Below the pieces are notes generated by a model. The model made no database searches. It saw nothing but the letters and a program-made list of their open reading frames with translations, and was not told where the DNA came from. Positions 38,595-50,569 of a stretch of 64,000 nt of DNA are shown here, one piece after another. Source of the DNA: Mobula hypostoma (taxonomy: Eukaryota). The position numbers were made by a program, and so were the translations under genes. Position 1 is the first letter of the stretch. The number at the start of each line of letters is the position of its first letter. The stretch is taken from the NCBI RefSeq assembly GCF_963921235.1, contig NC_086097.1, positions 96,350,001-96,414,000 of the forward strand, read 5' to 3'.

Positions 38595-39905
38595 TCCTGA
38601 TCGAGAGAAAATCTGCAGATGTTGGAAATCCAAGCAACACACACAAAATGCTGGAGGAACTCAGCAGGTCAGCAGTATCTATGGAAAAAGAAGCAACACA
38701 CACAAAATGCTGGTGGAACGCAGCAGGTCAGACAGCATCCATAGGAAGAAGGAAGAAGCACAGTTGATGTTTCGGGCCGAGATCCTTCATCCTGGCATCG
38801 ACTGTGCTTCTTCCTATGGATGCTGTCTGGCCTGCTGCGTTCCACCAGCATTTTGTGTGTGTTGCTTGAATTTCCAGCTTCTGCAGATTTCCTCGTGTTT
38901 GCGTTCAATAGAAAAAGAGTACAGTTGACGTTTTGGGCCAAGTCCCTTTAGCAGGACTGGAGAAAAAAAGCTGAGGAGTAGATTTAAAAGGTGGGGGTAG
39001 GGAAGAGAGAAACACAAGGAGATAGGTGAAACCTGAAAGAGGGGTGATGAAGTAAAGAGATGGGAAGTTGATTGGTGAAGGAGTAGGCCGGAGAAGAGGG
39101 AGTCAGATAGAGGAGGACAGAAGGCTGTGGAAAAAAGAAAAGTAGGGGAGGAGCACCAGAAGGAGGTGATGGGCAGGCAAGGAGATACGGTGAGAGAGGG
39201 AAAAGGGGAAGGGGAATGGTGAAGTGGGGGGGGATTACCGTAAGTTCGAGAAACCAACATTCATGCCATCAGGTTGGAGGCTACCCAGTTAGAATATAAG
39301 GTGTTGCTCCTCCAACCTAAATGTGGCCTCATCATGACAGTGGAGAAGGCCATGGATATGAAATATCCATGAAATGATATATCGAAATGGGAATGAGAGG
39401 TAGAATTAAAATGGGTGGCCACTAGCAGATCTGCTTTTTCTGACAGCGGAGTGTAGATGCTCGGTGAAGCAGTCTACCAATCTACATTGGGTTTCACTGA
39501 TAGACAGGAAGCCACACGAGGAGCACCGGACACTGTATATAATCCAACAGTCTCACAAGTGAAGCGTTGTCTCACCTGGAAGGACTGTTTGGGGCCCTCA
39601 ATGGTAGTGAGGGAGGTGGTGTAAGGGTAGGTGTAGCACTTGTTCTGATTGCAAAGATAAGTGCCAGGAGGGAGATCAGTGGGGAGGGACGAATGGACAA
39701 AAGAGTTACGTAGGGAGCGATCCCTGCGGAAAGCAGAAAGTGGCGGGAGGGAAAGATGTGCTTGGTCGTGGGATCCGATTGGAGATGGTGGAAGTTGCAG
39801 AGAATTGTGGGCTAGATGCGGAAGTTGGTGGGGTGGTAGGTGAGGACAAGAGTAACCCTATCCCTGGCAGGATGAGGTGAGAGCAGTCATGTGTGAAATG
39901 AAAGA
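38595..39905 (-). mobile_element. Penelope-like element 3' portion (GIY-YIG, UTR) carrying a nested palindromic PLE-end insert
   Basis: Collinear with 14636-15650 (TTCATGCCATCAGGTTGGAGG, CTCACCTGGAAGGACTGTTTGG, CCCTATCCCTGG). Confidence 0.85.
38692..38907. repeat. Fold-back insert of two inverted PLE termini, flanked by an 11-bp imperfect TSD AT(G/A)GAAAAAGA
   Basis: Arms ~38691-38769 and ~38796-38867 are near-perfect reverse complements apart from a 7-nt GGAAGAA duplication. The TSD lies at 38681-38691 and 38908-38918. Confidence 0.8.
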
Positions 39906-40194
39906 CAGACCTGAATATTCGAGCCCACAGGGCACCTAACTATACTAAGGTGACAAATAAAGTGGTAAAATATACTAATTCTGAACTTATTAAACATTTT
40001 ACAAAACAGAAAATAAAGATTGAGACGCAAGTATAAGACTAAAATAAAACTGAAATAAATTGAATTTTTAATTAATTGAATCAATAAGATTCCATACCCA
40101 CAAAGTCAGTTTACTTTTAGGCCTCCTTGAGCCTTAAGTCGTCATTATCAATCAGATCATTATTAAAAACTAAATTAAAGATCACTTAATAAGA

Positions 40195-40372
40195 GTGGAT
40201 GTCACTGTAGCATAGCAGTTAGAGTGATGATATTACAACTCAGAGTTCAGAGATATTACAGCTCAGTCACAGTTCAGAGTACAATCCTGGTGTTCTCTGA
40301 AAGGAGTCTGTACGTTTTCCCAGTGGGACACGTGGGTTTTTCCTCATGTACTCCAGTTTCCTCCCACTGTCG
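40195..40372 (+). mobile_element. tRNA-derived V-domain SINE remnant
   Basis: A-box-like TAGCATAGCAGTTAG, then GGAGTCTGTACGTTTTCCC...CGTGGGTTTTTCCTC...CTCCAGTTTCCTCCCAC. Confidence 0.6.
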
Positions 40373-40659
40373 GGGTTGTTCTGTGGAATGTATTGGATTT
40401 TTCACAGTTAATGAATTTCTATGCTTAATAGTGAATTTATGCACTCCAGAAGCTGTTGTCAGATTCCACTTTTGAATATTGATATGCTCATTGCCATTCT
40501 CTTGAAAATTTTAGGTCATATATTCTGAATTGTAACTAGCAGAAGTTTGCACATAGGTACATCAGTAACAATAGATAGGGAACCAAAAAATATTTCTGCT
40601 CTGCATCATGCTTGTCCTTTAAACAACTCTGAGTGGTTGCATTAAGGCCGACACTCTTG

Positions 40660-40920
40660 AACAGCCCAATCCATCACAGGTAAAGCTCCCTTGCACCATT
40701 GAGCACATCTACAAGGAGTGCTGCCTCAGGAAAGCAGCATCTATGTTCTCTTCTCACTGCTGCCTTCAGGAAGGAGGTACAGCAGCTTTAGGTTTTGGGT
40801 CTTCCTTTGTGTGTAGTTTTTTTTTCATTGTTTCATTGTATCTACCTAATACAAAAAAATGAATCTCAGGGTAGTATATGGTGACATACATGTACTTCGA
40901 TAATAAATTTGCTTTGAGCT
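40660..40920 (+). mobile_element. Rex1/Babar 3' remnant
   Basis: CATCTACAAGGAGTGCTGCCTCAGGAAAGCAGCATC...CTGCCTTCAGGAAGGAGGTACA (ECCLRKAAS...LPSGRRY) plus a GATAATAAATTT tail. Confidence 0.6.
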
Positions 40921-43695
40921 TTGATCCAGACCAGACGAAGGATCTCAACCCAAAAAATTTCTCTAGATTCCAACATCAGCAGTTGCTAATTTCTTCATAT
41001 TATATATATACATTCAAATGTATCCACATTTTCTGAAATAATCTTTGGAGTGATGCCATATCAAATGCCTTAAAAATAACTAAATTATGTATACTTGTTG
41101 TTCTTCACCTAGCTTTCTGGTTACATCATCAAGAAACTATTACATTTGGCCAATAATATCCCTATTATAAAATCATATAAACTCTGTCTAGTCCTAATAC
41201 AATTTTCCTAGGTCCTATAACCAGTTTTTCAACTATGGGTTTCAGAATTTTTGCCAACTCACATCAGGATAACTACCTTATTGTTCCGTTTTCCCTTATC
41301 CTCCTTTCTGAAACAAAGTTGTAATATTTATTAACTTCTACATCTGCACCATTGCAGATTCTAGAGTATTGTGAAAGATCATATCCAATGTAACTACCTC
41401 TTTTAAATTACCAGAATATAGGCCATCAGCCTGAGGTACTTGTCAAGTCTCATTTCCATTAATTCTATTAGTAATTTATTTCTTTATTAATTATAATTTT
41501 TATACCTATTAACCATTTGGATTTCCTCTATTTCTATTATTTGATGTCTTCTACCATGAAGATTAATACAAATTATGATTTTGTTTGACATTTTCTGTCC
41601 CCAATATGTGTTTTCTTATGAGAGAACTATGTTTACTATTTTCTTCCCCCTTTTGTGAATGTTATCACTGTCTATTTTTGCCAGCATTCTTCCATATTCT
41701 ATTTTGTCATTCTTTAATAATTCATGCATCATCCTTTGTTGGCCTCTTAAGTTCTTCCCCTGTAATTAATCTTACCAGTCTTTTTAGTAACAGTATACTT
41801 GAACAACAATATTGTCCTTAATCTTTTTTTGTTGGACATGCATAATAATTTTTTCAGCAGAGCCATTAAGTATTTCTTTAAATGCCAATGTTAATTAACC
41901 ATTATCACTTATAATTTAGTCTTTCACACTGACATAATGAACCATGGAGGTTTAGTATCTAGTTTTGGACTTCGTTAATTGTGAACACAATTTAAAATTT
42001 TATTTTATATTATGGATATTATTCCCTATAGGATTCCTTCAAAGAAGATTCCAAATTATGTTATTATAAGTTATTGATTGCATGATAAGATGAGGGAAAA
42101 TGTTGTTAGTGGTTTTGATCAATTTGTTTTGTAAATTGTTTTCTCAACTTGATTTGGCCAGCCCATATGAAGAATAAAGTCTTCAATAATTAGCTTCTTA
42201 TAAGCAGCTCTTATTTATGATTCATTATATTTCAAAATAAAAAGTATTGTTATGGAGATCCAAACATTTTTCACTAATCCCTTTTACCTTAACTCCACTA
42301 ATACCATTTCTATTCTCTTATCTTCCAACCCAAAATCTATTCTAACAACAATACTTCTATCAGTTTAAAACTCAAATGATTAAAAAGCTTCCCTTCCCAT
42401 TCTCCATTTTGTGTTTACAAATCACCAAGGATATTAAATACGTAGTTTCCAACCTTGGTTATCATTTTCTTCTTTTTGTGTCAGTATTTTTCCTATCTAT
42501 TTATGAAGAATGTGTTTTCATAATTTTCCTTTGTGCTACCTGAAAAAAGAATTTCAGGATGTTTATTGTATACATCCTGACATTAAATGTATCTATTGAA
42601 CCTATTCAAGTGTGCTTTTTTTGATATTAAGCTCTGTCTCTTTCTTTGGCACTCTTATGTATCATTACCTATATCGCTACAGTGCCTTGTGACCTTGGAT
42701 TTTCTCTTAATGTCTATAAATCTCCATTTTCTAAGTATCCACCAATCATGGTTTTTTCCTGTTTAAAGCACTATGCTTAATTCTAATCATTCAATACTTC
42801 AGAAAATTATGTAGATATGAGCAGGAAGTTATTAGGATTTTCAAACAGAGTAATTGATTGGACAAAATTATTGCAGATGGAATTCAAGCTAAATCAGAAT
42901 AGTTTCCAAATTAAAAGAAAAACTATAGAGCAGTGAAGGCTTGGATGCTCATGTACAGAAATTACTAAAATCCATGGTCAGGTGCAAAGGGTAATCATGA
43001 AAGTCAATTAGATTTGGGATTTAAGGAAAGAACTGGTCTTTTATGAAGAAATTTGGACATTTGAAATATTGCTTTCAATTAAGTACTTTCATGTACTAAG
43101 TACTTAGCTCAAAGTGATGTAATAACCACATCATTGGTATCAAGCACTAAAAGTTTTAAATTACTATATTTCCTCACCAACTAGAAGGTCAAAGGAGGTG
43201 GGGCTTAAAGAAATTTAAGTATTGTGGAAACAAAAGATAGTCTATTTCAGGAACAACCCAGAACTTGGTGCATAATCCCATTGCAAGGTCACAATGGAAT
43301 TAAGTTATGAAGAACTGTTTACTAAATGTAGGGCTGTGAAATATAAGAAACGCATATTCTGGAAGCACAGGTTTAAAAATTAAAATATATGTAGAAGATA
43401 TACGTAGGAAGAATTTTGGGTTTTGCACGTTAAACGTTCATCTGCACGTTTTGGTATATACAAACTTCATAGTATTATATTTTTGTATTAAAGTTTTGTC
43501 AGGCAGTAGCTTTCAATGTTAAAGTACTCTTGCAGTCAATACATGTGATGCAATTGCTGTAATAAAAGTAAATAAAAAGCAATCTTTCATTTTTAATGAT
43601 TTCAAGGAGACTAGAGTAAGTATACAATGGGTTAATGAAATGACCCAGAAACGTCGGCATATGAAACTAATGAAAATCAAAAGGTGTCAGTTTAT

Positions 43696-43829
43696 CAAAT
43701 CACAAACAAGAGAAATCCAATCACAAACAGAAGTCCTGCTGAAGGGTCTCAGCCCGAAATGTCGACTGTACTCTTGTCCATAGATGCTGCCTGGCCTGCT
43801 GAGTTCCTCTAGCATTTTGTGTGTGTTGC
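43696..43829 (+). mobile_element. 134-bp solo PLE terminal fragment (hammerhead-like motif and tail) with 9-bp TSD TCAGTTTAT
   Basis: TSD at 43687-43695 and 43830-43838; core AGTC-CTGCTGA-AGGG-TCTCAG-CCC-GAAA-TGTC-GACT. Confidence 0.8.
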
Positions 43830-44794
43830 TCAGTTTATTAAGATTGTTTTTAGGGATGATTTCATAAACCTAAAGATCAACGCCATAATAGATGACTGGA
43901 ACAGATGGTTTGTAAAGTATTAAGTATTAACTACTGGTACTTCCAACATTAAAGACAGTTCAGTACAGATGTCTATTCTTCAAATGACAATCCTACTTCA
44001 AAATAAAACAGTTTGCATCTCTAAGCTGTCCTCAGTGTTTATTTATTTCCAGCTAAAATAGCCGATATTAAACACACTCCCAGACTTCTAGACTTCTAAC
44101 GTACAAGAAATACTGTAACTCTAGGACTGCTGACAGTCATACAATGTACATCATTTAGCATCACAAACATTGACAAAACAAAGCTTCTTCTTATATCCCT
44201 AAAATTTGGGATTAGTCAATTGTTATAACCAAGCTAAAACCAGTGAAGTTATTACACACACCTTTGAGATACAGATTCTTGCTCTGTTCTGCAAAATTAA
44301 GTTTCTGGAGAAGTTAATCCTTCTAAGAATCAGCCCCACGATCGACCATTCACTCTCCCAACAGGCAGGCTTCAGAAGCCAAAGGAGCAGGTGTGAACAT
44401 TCTTGTTATTATCATGAGGGCTGGTGTTCACCATTAACTTAACATAGGCTATCTTTCAAGACCTTTCCTCAGCTGATCATATTGTTGGGTAAAATGAACT
44501 GATGCTGCTATTATGCATATTGGTGTGAGGTGCCAAACTTTTCCAGCTGCTCTGGATAATGTTGAACACCAGCAGGGAAAAGGCCAACATGCATGCCAAA
44601 AACAGAAGTTTTCAAAAGAGTAGTGTTCTTGCACTAGCACAGCTTTTGTTTAATAATCATGAATATCATTCCCACCACCATATCATTTGCTGAAATTTAT
44701 CTATGACAATGATGCTGCCTTGAAATCAGAGCCAAGATCATTCCACAGAATTAAAGGTAAACTTACATCTGATATATATAAAAAATCATCACCC

Positions 44795-45560
44795 TGACAC
44801 AGTGGTGTCAAGATAACAAACCTCTCACTCAATATCACAAAAAACAAAGAAGCTAGTTGTGGACTACAGGAGGAATGGAGACTGGCTAGCCTCTATTAAC
44901 ATCAATAGATCTGGGGCTGAGAGGGTGAACAGCTTTAAGTTCCTTGGCATAAACATCACTGACGATCTCACATGGTCTGTACATACCAGCTGTGTGGTAA
45001 AAAAAAGGCACAGCAGTGCCTCTTTCACCTCAGACTGTTGAAGAAGCTTGGTACAGGCTCCCAAATCCTAAGAACTTTCTACAGGGGCATGATTAAGAGC
45101 ACCTGACTGGCTGCATCACTGCCTGGTATGGGAACTGTACTTCCCTCAATTGCAGGACTCTGCAGAGAGTGGTGCTGACAGTCCGGCACATCTGTAGATG
45201 TAAATTTCCCACTATTCAGGGCATTTACAAAGACAGGTGTGTAAAAAGGACCTGAAAGATCATGGGGACCTGAGTCACCCCAACCACAAACTTTTCCAGC
45301 TGCTACTGTCCAGGAAATGGTACCACAGCTTAAAGCCAGGACCAACAGGCTCTGGGACAGCTTCTTCCACCAGGCCATCAGATTGCTTAATTTATGCTGA
45401 CACAACTGTATTTCTATGTTATATTGATAGTCCTATGTACATACTATTTATTATAAATTACTATAAATTGCACATTGCACATTTAGATGGAGATGTAACG
45501 TAAAGATTTTTACTCCTCATGTATGTGAAATATGTAAGAAATAAAGTCAATTCAATTCAA
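44795..45560 (+). mobile_element. Rex1/Babar LINE 3' fragment
   Basis: ERVNSFKFLGINITDDLTWSVH (ORF 44859) and HPNHKLFQLLLSRKWYHSL; tail AATAAAGTCAATTCAATTCAA. Confidence 0.85.
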
Positions 45561-45569
45561 ATAAAGAGT

Positions 45570-46772
45570 GCAAAAGGTGAAAAAAGGACTAAGATAGATT
45601 GATGGGTTCAATTTCCATTCAGAAATCTGATGGCAGAGGGGAGAAGCTGTTCTTAAAACACTTTGTGTGTACCTTCAGGCTCCTGTACCTCCTCCCTGAT
45701 GGTAGCAACGAGAAGAGGGCATGTCCTGGGAATTGGGGGTCCTTAATGATGGACGCCCCCTTTTTGAGGCATTGCTCTTAAAGATGTCCTGGATACTGGG
45801 GAGGCTAGTGGCCAGGATGGAGCTGACTGAGTTTACAACTCTCTGCAGCTTTTTTGATCCTGTGCAGTGACCCCCCCCCCCACCAGACGGTGCTGCAGCC
45901 AGTTAGAATGCTCACCACAGTGACACGCAAAACCTCTTCAAACACCTAATGAAATATAGTCACTGTCATACCATCTTTGTAACTGTGCCAATATGTTGGG
46001 CCCTTTTCCACTTTTGATCCCTTTACTAGGACTGGTGTATGCTCCCTCGTCTTATCCTTTCTGAAGTCCACAATTAATTCTTTAGTCTTACTGATGCTGA
46101 GTGCAAGGTTTTTGCTGCGACACCACTCAACTAGCTGATATATCTCGTTCCAGTATGCCTTCTCATCACCATCTGAAATTCTGCCAACAATAGTGTCATC
46201 AGCAAATTTATAGATAGCATTTGAGTAGCCACACAATCATGGATGTAGAGAGAGTAAGAGCAGTGGGCTAAGTACACATCCCTGAGGTGCACCAGTGTTG
46301 ATCATCAATGAGGTGGAGATGTTATTTCTGATCCACACAGACTGTGGCCTTCTGGTGAGGAAGTTGATGATCCAGTTTTAGAGGGAGGTACAGAGGCCCA
46401 AGTTTTGGAGCTTTTTGATCAGACCTGTAGGAATGATTATGTTAAACATTGAACTGTAGTCAATAATCCGCAGCCTAACATAAGTATTAGTATGGTCCAG
46501 ATAATTCAAGGTCGCATGAACAGCCAATGGGATCACATCCGCTGTAGACCTATTGTGGTGATAGGCAAGTTGCAGTGGGTCCAGGTCCTTGATGATGCAG
46601 GAGTTAATTCTAGCCATAACCAACCTCTCAAAGCACTTTAGCACTGCAGATGTGAGTGCTACTGGGCGATAGTCATTAAGGCAGCTCACCCTGTTCTTCA
46701 TGGGCACTGGTATGATTGTTGCCCTTTTGGAGCAGGTGGGAACTTCCAACTGTAGCAATGAGAGATTGAAAA
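45570..46772 (-). mobile_element. Rex1/Babar LINE RT fragment
   Basis: ORF 46378..46758 has LNDYRPVALTSAVLKCFERLV...DPLQLAY...IDYSSMFNII; ORF 45946..46236 has IYKFADDTIVGRI...KTKELIVDFRK. Confidence 0.88.
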
Positions 46773-46829
46773 CCTACCATTTAATGACTAATGTTTACTG
46801 TCACCACCTTAAGACTGCCTCAAAACGGA

Positions 46830-47580
46830 GACACAATCAAACACTTGATGTTTCAGCTTGAGATCCTTCATCAGGACTAAAACGGAAGGGGGAAGAAGCC
46901 AGGATAAGGTGGGGGAGGGGAAGAAGTATAAGCTAGAAGGTGATAGGTGAAGCCAGGTGGGTGGAGGAGGGCAGCTGAAGTGAGCTGAAGTGAGCTGGAG
47001 GCAAAAGGGGGAGAAAGCAAAGGGTCAAAGAAGAGGGAATTGAAGGATTGATGGGGCCACTCTCGGGTTGGAGGAGAAACATCTCACATTCTGTCTGGGT
47101 AGCATCTAACCTGATGGCATGAATATTGATTTCTCCAACCTCTGGAAGCTTTTTACCTCTCCCTCTTCTTCCATTCCCCACTCTGGCTCCGTTCTTACCT
47201 CTTCTCTCTACTTGCCTACTGGCTCCCCATGCTGCCCCTCCTCATTCCCTTTCTCCCATGGTCTACTCTCCTCTCGGATTCCTTCAACTCTGTTTTTTCC
47301 GTGTATCGCCTCCCAGCATTTCACTTCAACCCGTCCTCCCCCAGCCCCGCCCCCACCATCCTCCTGGCTTCACCTATCATCTTCTAGTTTGTAATCCTTT
47401 CCCTCCCCCCACCTGCTTATTCTGGCTTCTCCCCTCTCATTTCCAGTCCTAATGAAGGGTTCCAACCTGAAACGTCGGCTGTTTACTCCCTTCCATAGAT
47501 GCCATCTGATCTGCTAAGATTCTCCAGCATTTTGTATGTATTACTCTGGATTTCCAGATCTGCAAAATTTCTTGTGTTTG
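46830..47580. mobile_element. Divergent pair of PLE 3' fragments (46830-47050 minus, 47055-47580 plus)
   Basis: Plus part: EEKHLTFCLGSI*PDGMNIDFSN with terminal CAGTCCTAATGAAGGG...GAAACGTCGGCTG. Minus part: terminal TAGTCCTGATGAAGGATCTCAAGCTGAAACATC. Confidence 0.75.
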
Positions 47581-47997
47581 CGGCTTGCCAACTCAAACTG
47601 GTGTAAAAAAAATGTTATCTTCATAATCCTACCACAGTTATATTCTTCTGAGCAGCAGAATATCACAACTCCCTCTTGTTCTCATTGCATCATAACAAAC
47701 TAACTGGTAGTGGAATTTTGAAATGATATCCAAGCCTTTCAAACATTACCTCTGCTTCCATTACATGGTATGCAGAAACTAATAGAGAAACAATGTGTAC
47801 AAGCCTAGACCTTTCCATTACCAATGGATTCATGATCTCCTGAATCCTCTTTTGCAGATGAACCCAGCTCCTAGCCCTATAGCAGACCAAAGGACCAGAG
47901 AATAACTTTACAAAGCAAACATCTTGTATCTGACTCAACAACCGCACTTCAGATAGATGCAGTATATGAATAAGCCTAAATAGTGTAGGTACCTAGT

Positions 47998-48130
47998 CAT
48001 AAACATAAGAGCTTCTGCAGATGCTGGAAATCCAGAGTAATACACACAAAATACTGGAGGAACTAAGCAGGTCAGGTAGCATCTATAGAAATGAATAAAC
48101 AGTCGACAACTCAGGCAGAGACCCTTCGTG
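47998..48130 (-). mobile_element. Solo PLE terminal fragment
   Basis: CTGCAGATGCTGGAAATCC...CAAAATACTGGAGGAACTAAGCAGGTCAGGTAGCATCTAT...ACAGTCGAC...GAGACCCTTC. Confidence 0.7.
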
Positions 48131-48607
48131 ACTGGCACACAAACTTTGCCCAGCTGTAACTGTGGAAATCTTGATCAAACTATGGGGGGCAAAATATTCA
48201 GTATCAACAATTGCTTCTCAGTAATGCACAGAGTGAAGTTAGTGATTCCTCCTCCAAGAAGCAGCAGTGACATGATGGAAATTTTATGTCTCCAAAATAA
48301 AATAAAACAGGTTATACCCTGGAGTGAAGTGTAGTACCAGTATACTGCATTCCTTTCACATGGAAGTGCAGTCGGTGATTCCCTAAAGAAATGTCAGTTA
48401 AGAACACTGCACATTTCAAACTTCCATACCTGAGCATTGCAATGTTGAAGTCAGGAAAACACTGCATACAATATCCAGTAGATCTGAACTTCTCCTGGAC
48501 TCAACACTACGTCCAGAGGAAGAACTTAATGATCCTGAACTGAAGAACTCCACAGCTTTATGCCAGAAAAATTAGTAGTTTTGTTTTAAATAATGCAGTA
48601 TCATAAG

Positions 48608-48812
48608 TAATCCTGATGAAGGGTTTTGGGCTGAAAGGTCGACTGTTTATTTCGTTCTATACATGTGCTTAACTCGCTGAGTTCCTCTGGCATTTTGTGT
48701 ATGTTGCTCAAGATTTCTAGCATCTGTAGAATGTAAACACAAGAGATTCTTGATACAGAGCAACATACACAAAATTCTGGAGGAACTCATACAGCAGGCC
48801 AGGCAGCATCTA
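48608..48812. mobile_element. Two PLE terminal fragments, tail to tail (48608-48730 plus, 48735-48812 minus)
   Basis: CCTGATGAAGGGTTTTGGGCTGAAAGGTCGACTG...GCTGAGTTCCTCTGGCATTTTGTG, then CACAAAATTCTGGAGGAACTC...GCAGGCCAGGCAGCATCT. Confidence 0.7.
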
Positions 48813-48814
48813 CA

Positions 48815-49690
48815 AGTTTACTGTCATCCCACTGTACACATTTATACTGCCAAATGTAACAACACTCCTCCGGAGACAAATAAGGTGCATTTATGACACA
48901 AGTTAAAAAGTAAACAGTATAATGCTACTGGTGCTTAATATACGATGAGACTTGAGTTTGTGGCAGGGAGTTCGGTAGTTTCATCGCCCGGGAAAGAAGC
49001 TGTTTCCCATCCTAACAGTCCTTGTCCTAATGCTATGGTACCTCTTGCTCGATGGTAGGGATCATTGACAATGCTAAGGGCCCTACATACTAAGGTTCCT
49101 GATAAATATGTCTGATGGGTGGATAAGAGACTCCAATGATCCTTTCAGCAGTCCTTGCAACCTTTTGTAGGGAATTGCGACCAGGGAAGCTGAAATTCCA
49201 TTCCACAGAGTGATGCAGCTGGTCAGGACACACCCAATACTGCTCCTGCAAAAACTGGTTAGAATGTGAGGAACGGATCCTCCCTTGCCTGAACCTCCTC
49301 AGGAAGTGGAGATGCTGCTGTGCTTTCTTGACCAAAGACGTAGTGTTGAGGGACCAGGTGAGATCTTCCCTTATGTGCACTCCCAGAAACTTGGCGCTCC
49401 TAACTCTGTCCACGGAGGAGCTATTTATGTGCAGTGAGCAGTGGTCAGCCTGTACCTTCCTGAAGTCCACAATCATCTCTTTGGACTTGTCCACGCTGAG
49501 ACTCAAATTGTTGTGCTTCATTATTCTACCAGCCTGACTACCTCCCCCCTGTACTCCATCTCATTGCTGTTGATGAGGCCATCAGTGAACTTGGTTTGAA
49601 CTGGATCTAGCAGTGCAGTCATGCATTAGCAGCATAAAAGCAGCTGGCTGAGCATGCAGCTCTGGGGTTCGCCAGTGCTTAGCAATAGGT
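48815..49690 (-). mobile_element. Rex1/Babar LINE RT C-terminal fragment
   Basis: ORF 49090..49521: NNLSLSVDKSKEMIVDFRK...KFLGVHIREDLTWSLN...KKAQQHLHFLRR. Confidence 0.85.
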
Positions 49691-50569
49691 TTCAATAGGT
49701 ACATTTAATGTCAGAGAAATGTATACAATATACATCCTGAAATTCATTTTCTTCACAAACATCCACGAAAAAAGAATGCCCCAAAGAATGAATTTTAATT
49801 AAAAGTTAGAACCCCAACTCCCCCCTCCCATTCATAAGCAGCAGCAAAGCAATGACCCCCTCTCCCCACCAGCAAAACTGTATTGGCACCTCCCACCGAG
49901 CACTCAAGCATGCAGCAAAGCATAAATAAGACACAGACTTGCAGTATCCCAAAGACTACTCATTCACCCAGTAATTCGACATAATAAGGGAAAAAGAGAT
50001 GTCCCCATTTCACTGTGAGAGGGGAGACTTAACAAAACAAATTGCTGATTTATTGTGTTAAAAGACTGTTGCATCACTTTGTCCAAGCTCTGTGCCCAAA
50101 GAACTCGGGTCCTCCCTTGTTGCTGTCAGATTTTAGGCAGGACTGGTTTCAAGTTAGCATGGTTGAAGTCTCCAGCAACAATAAAGAATCCATTCAGGTG
50201 TCTGGTTTGCAAGCCACTGATTGTGCTCATGCAGCACTTCCTCAGCTTTAGCAGGGAGAGGGGGGAATTGTATACAGTCACAATTACAGAAACAGTGAAC
50301 TACTTTGGCAAAAAGAAGGGACAGCACTTCATATTTAAAAACAATACTATAGGCAAACAGTGCATCATCACTACCAAAGCCAGTTCACACACCAGTTCTT
50401 ATTAATGTAGTTACACAGACCTCCTCCAAGGGTCTTGCCAGAGATCGCAGGATTTCTGTCAACCTGAAAAGAGATGAAACCCTCTAGCTGGACGGCTGTT
50501 TCAGGGGTGGTATCCTGGAGCTATGTTTATGCCATGATGACCGTGCAACAGTCCTTCAAGCACAATTGT

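Noticed and set aside
41000..43330. Very old CR1-like traces (also ~9200-10900 and ~31700-32250)
   Set aside because: Faint motif similarity only; boundaries and family cannot be supported by eye.
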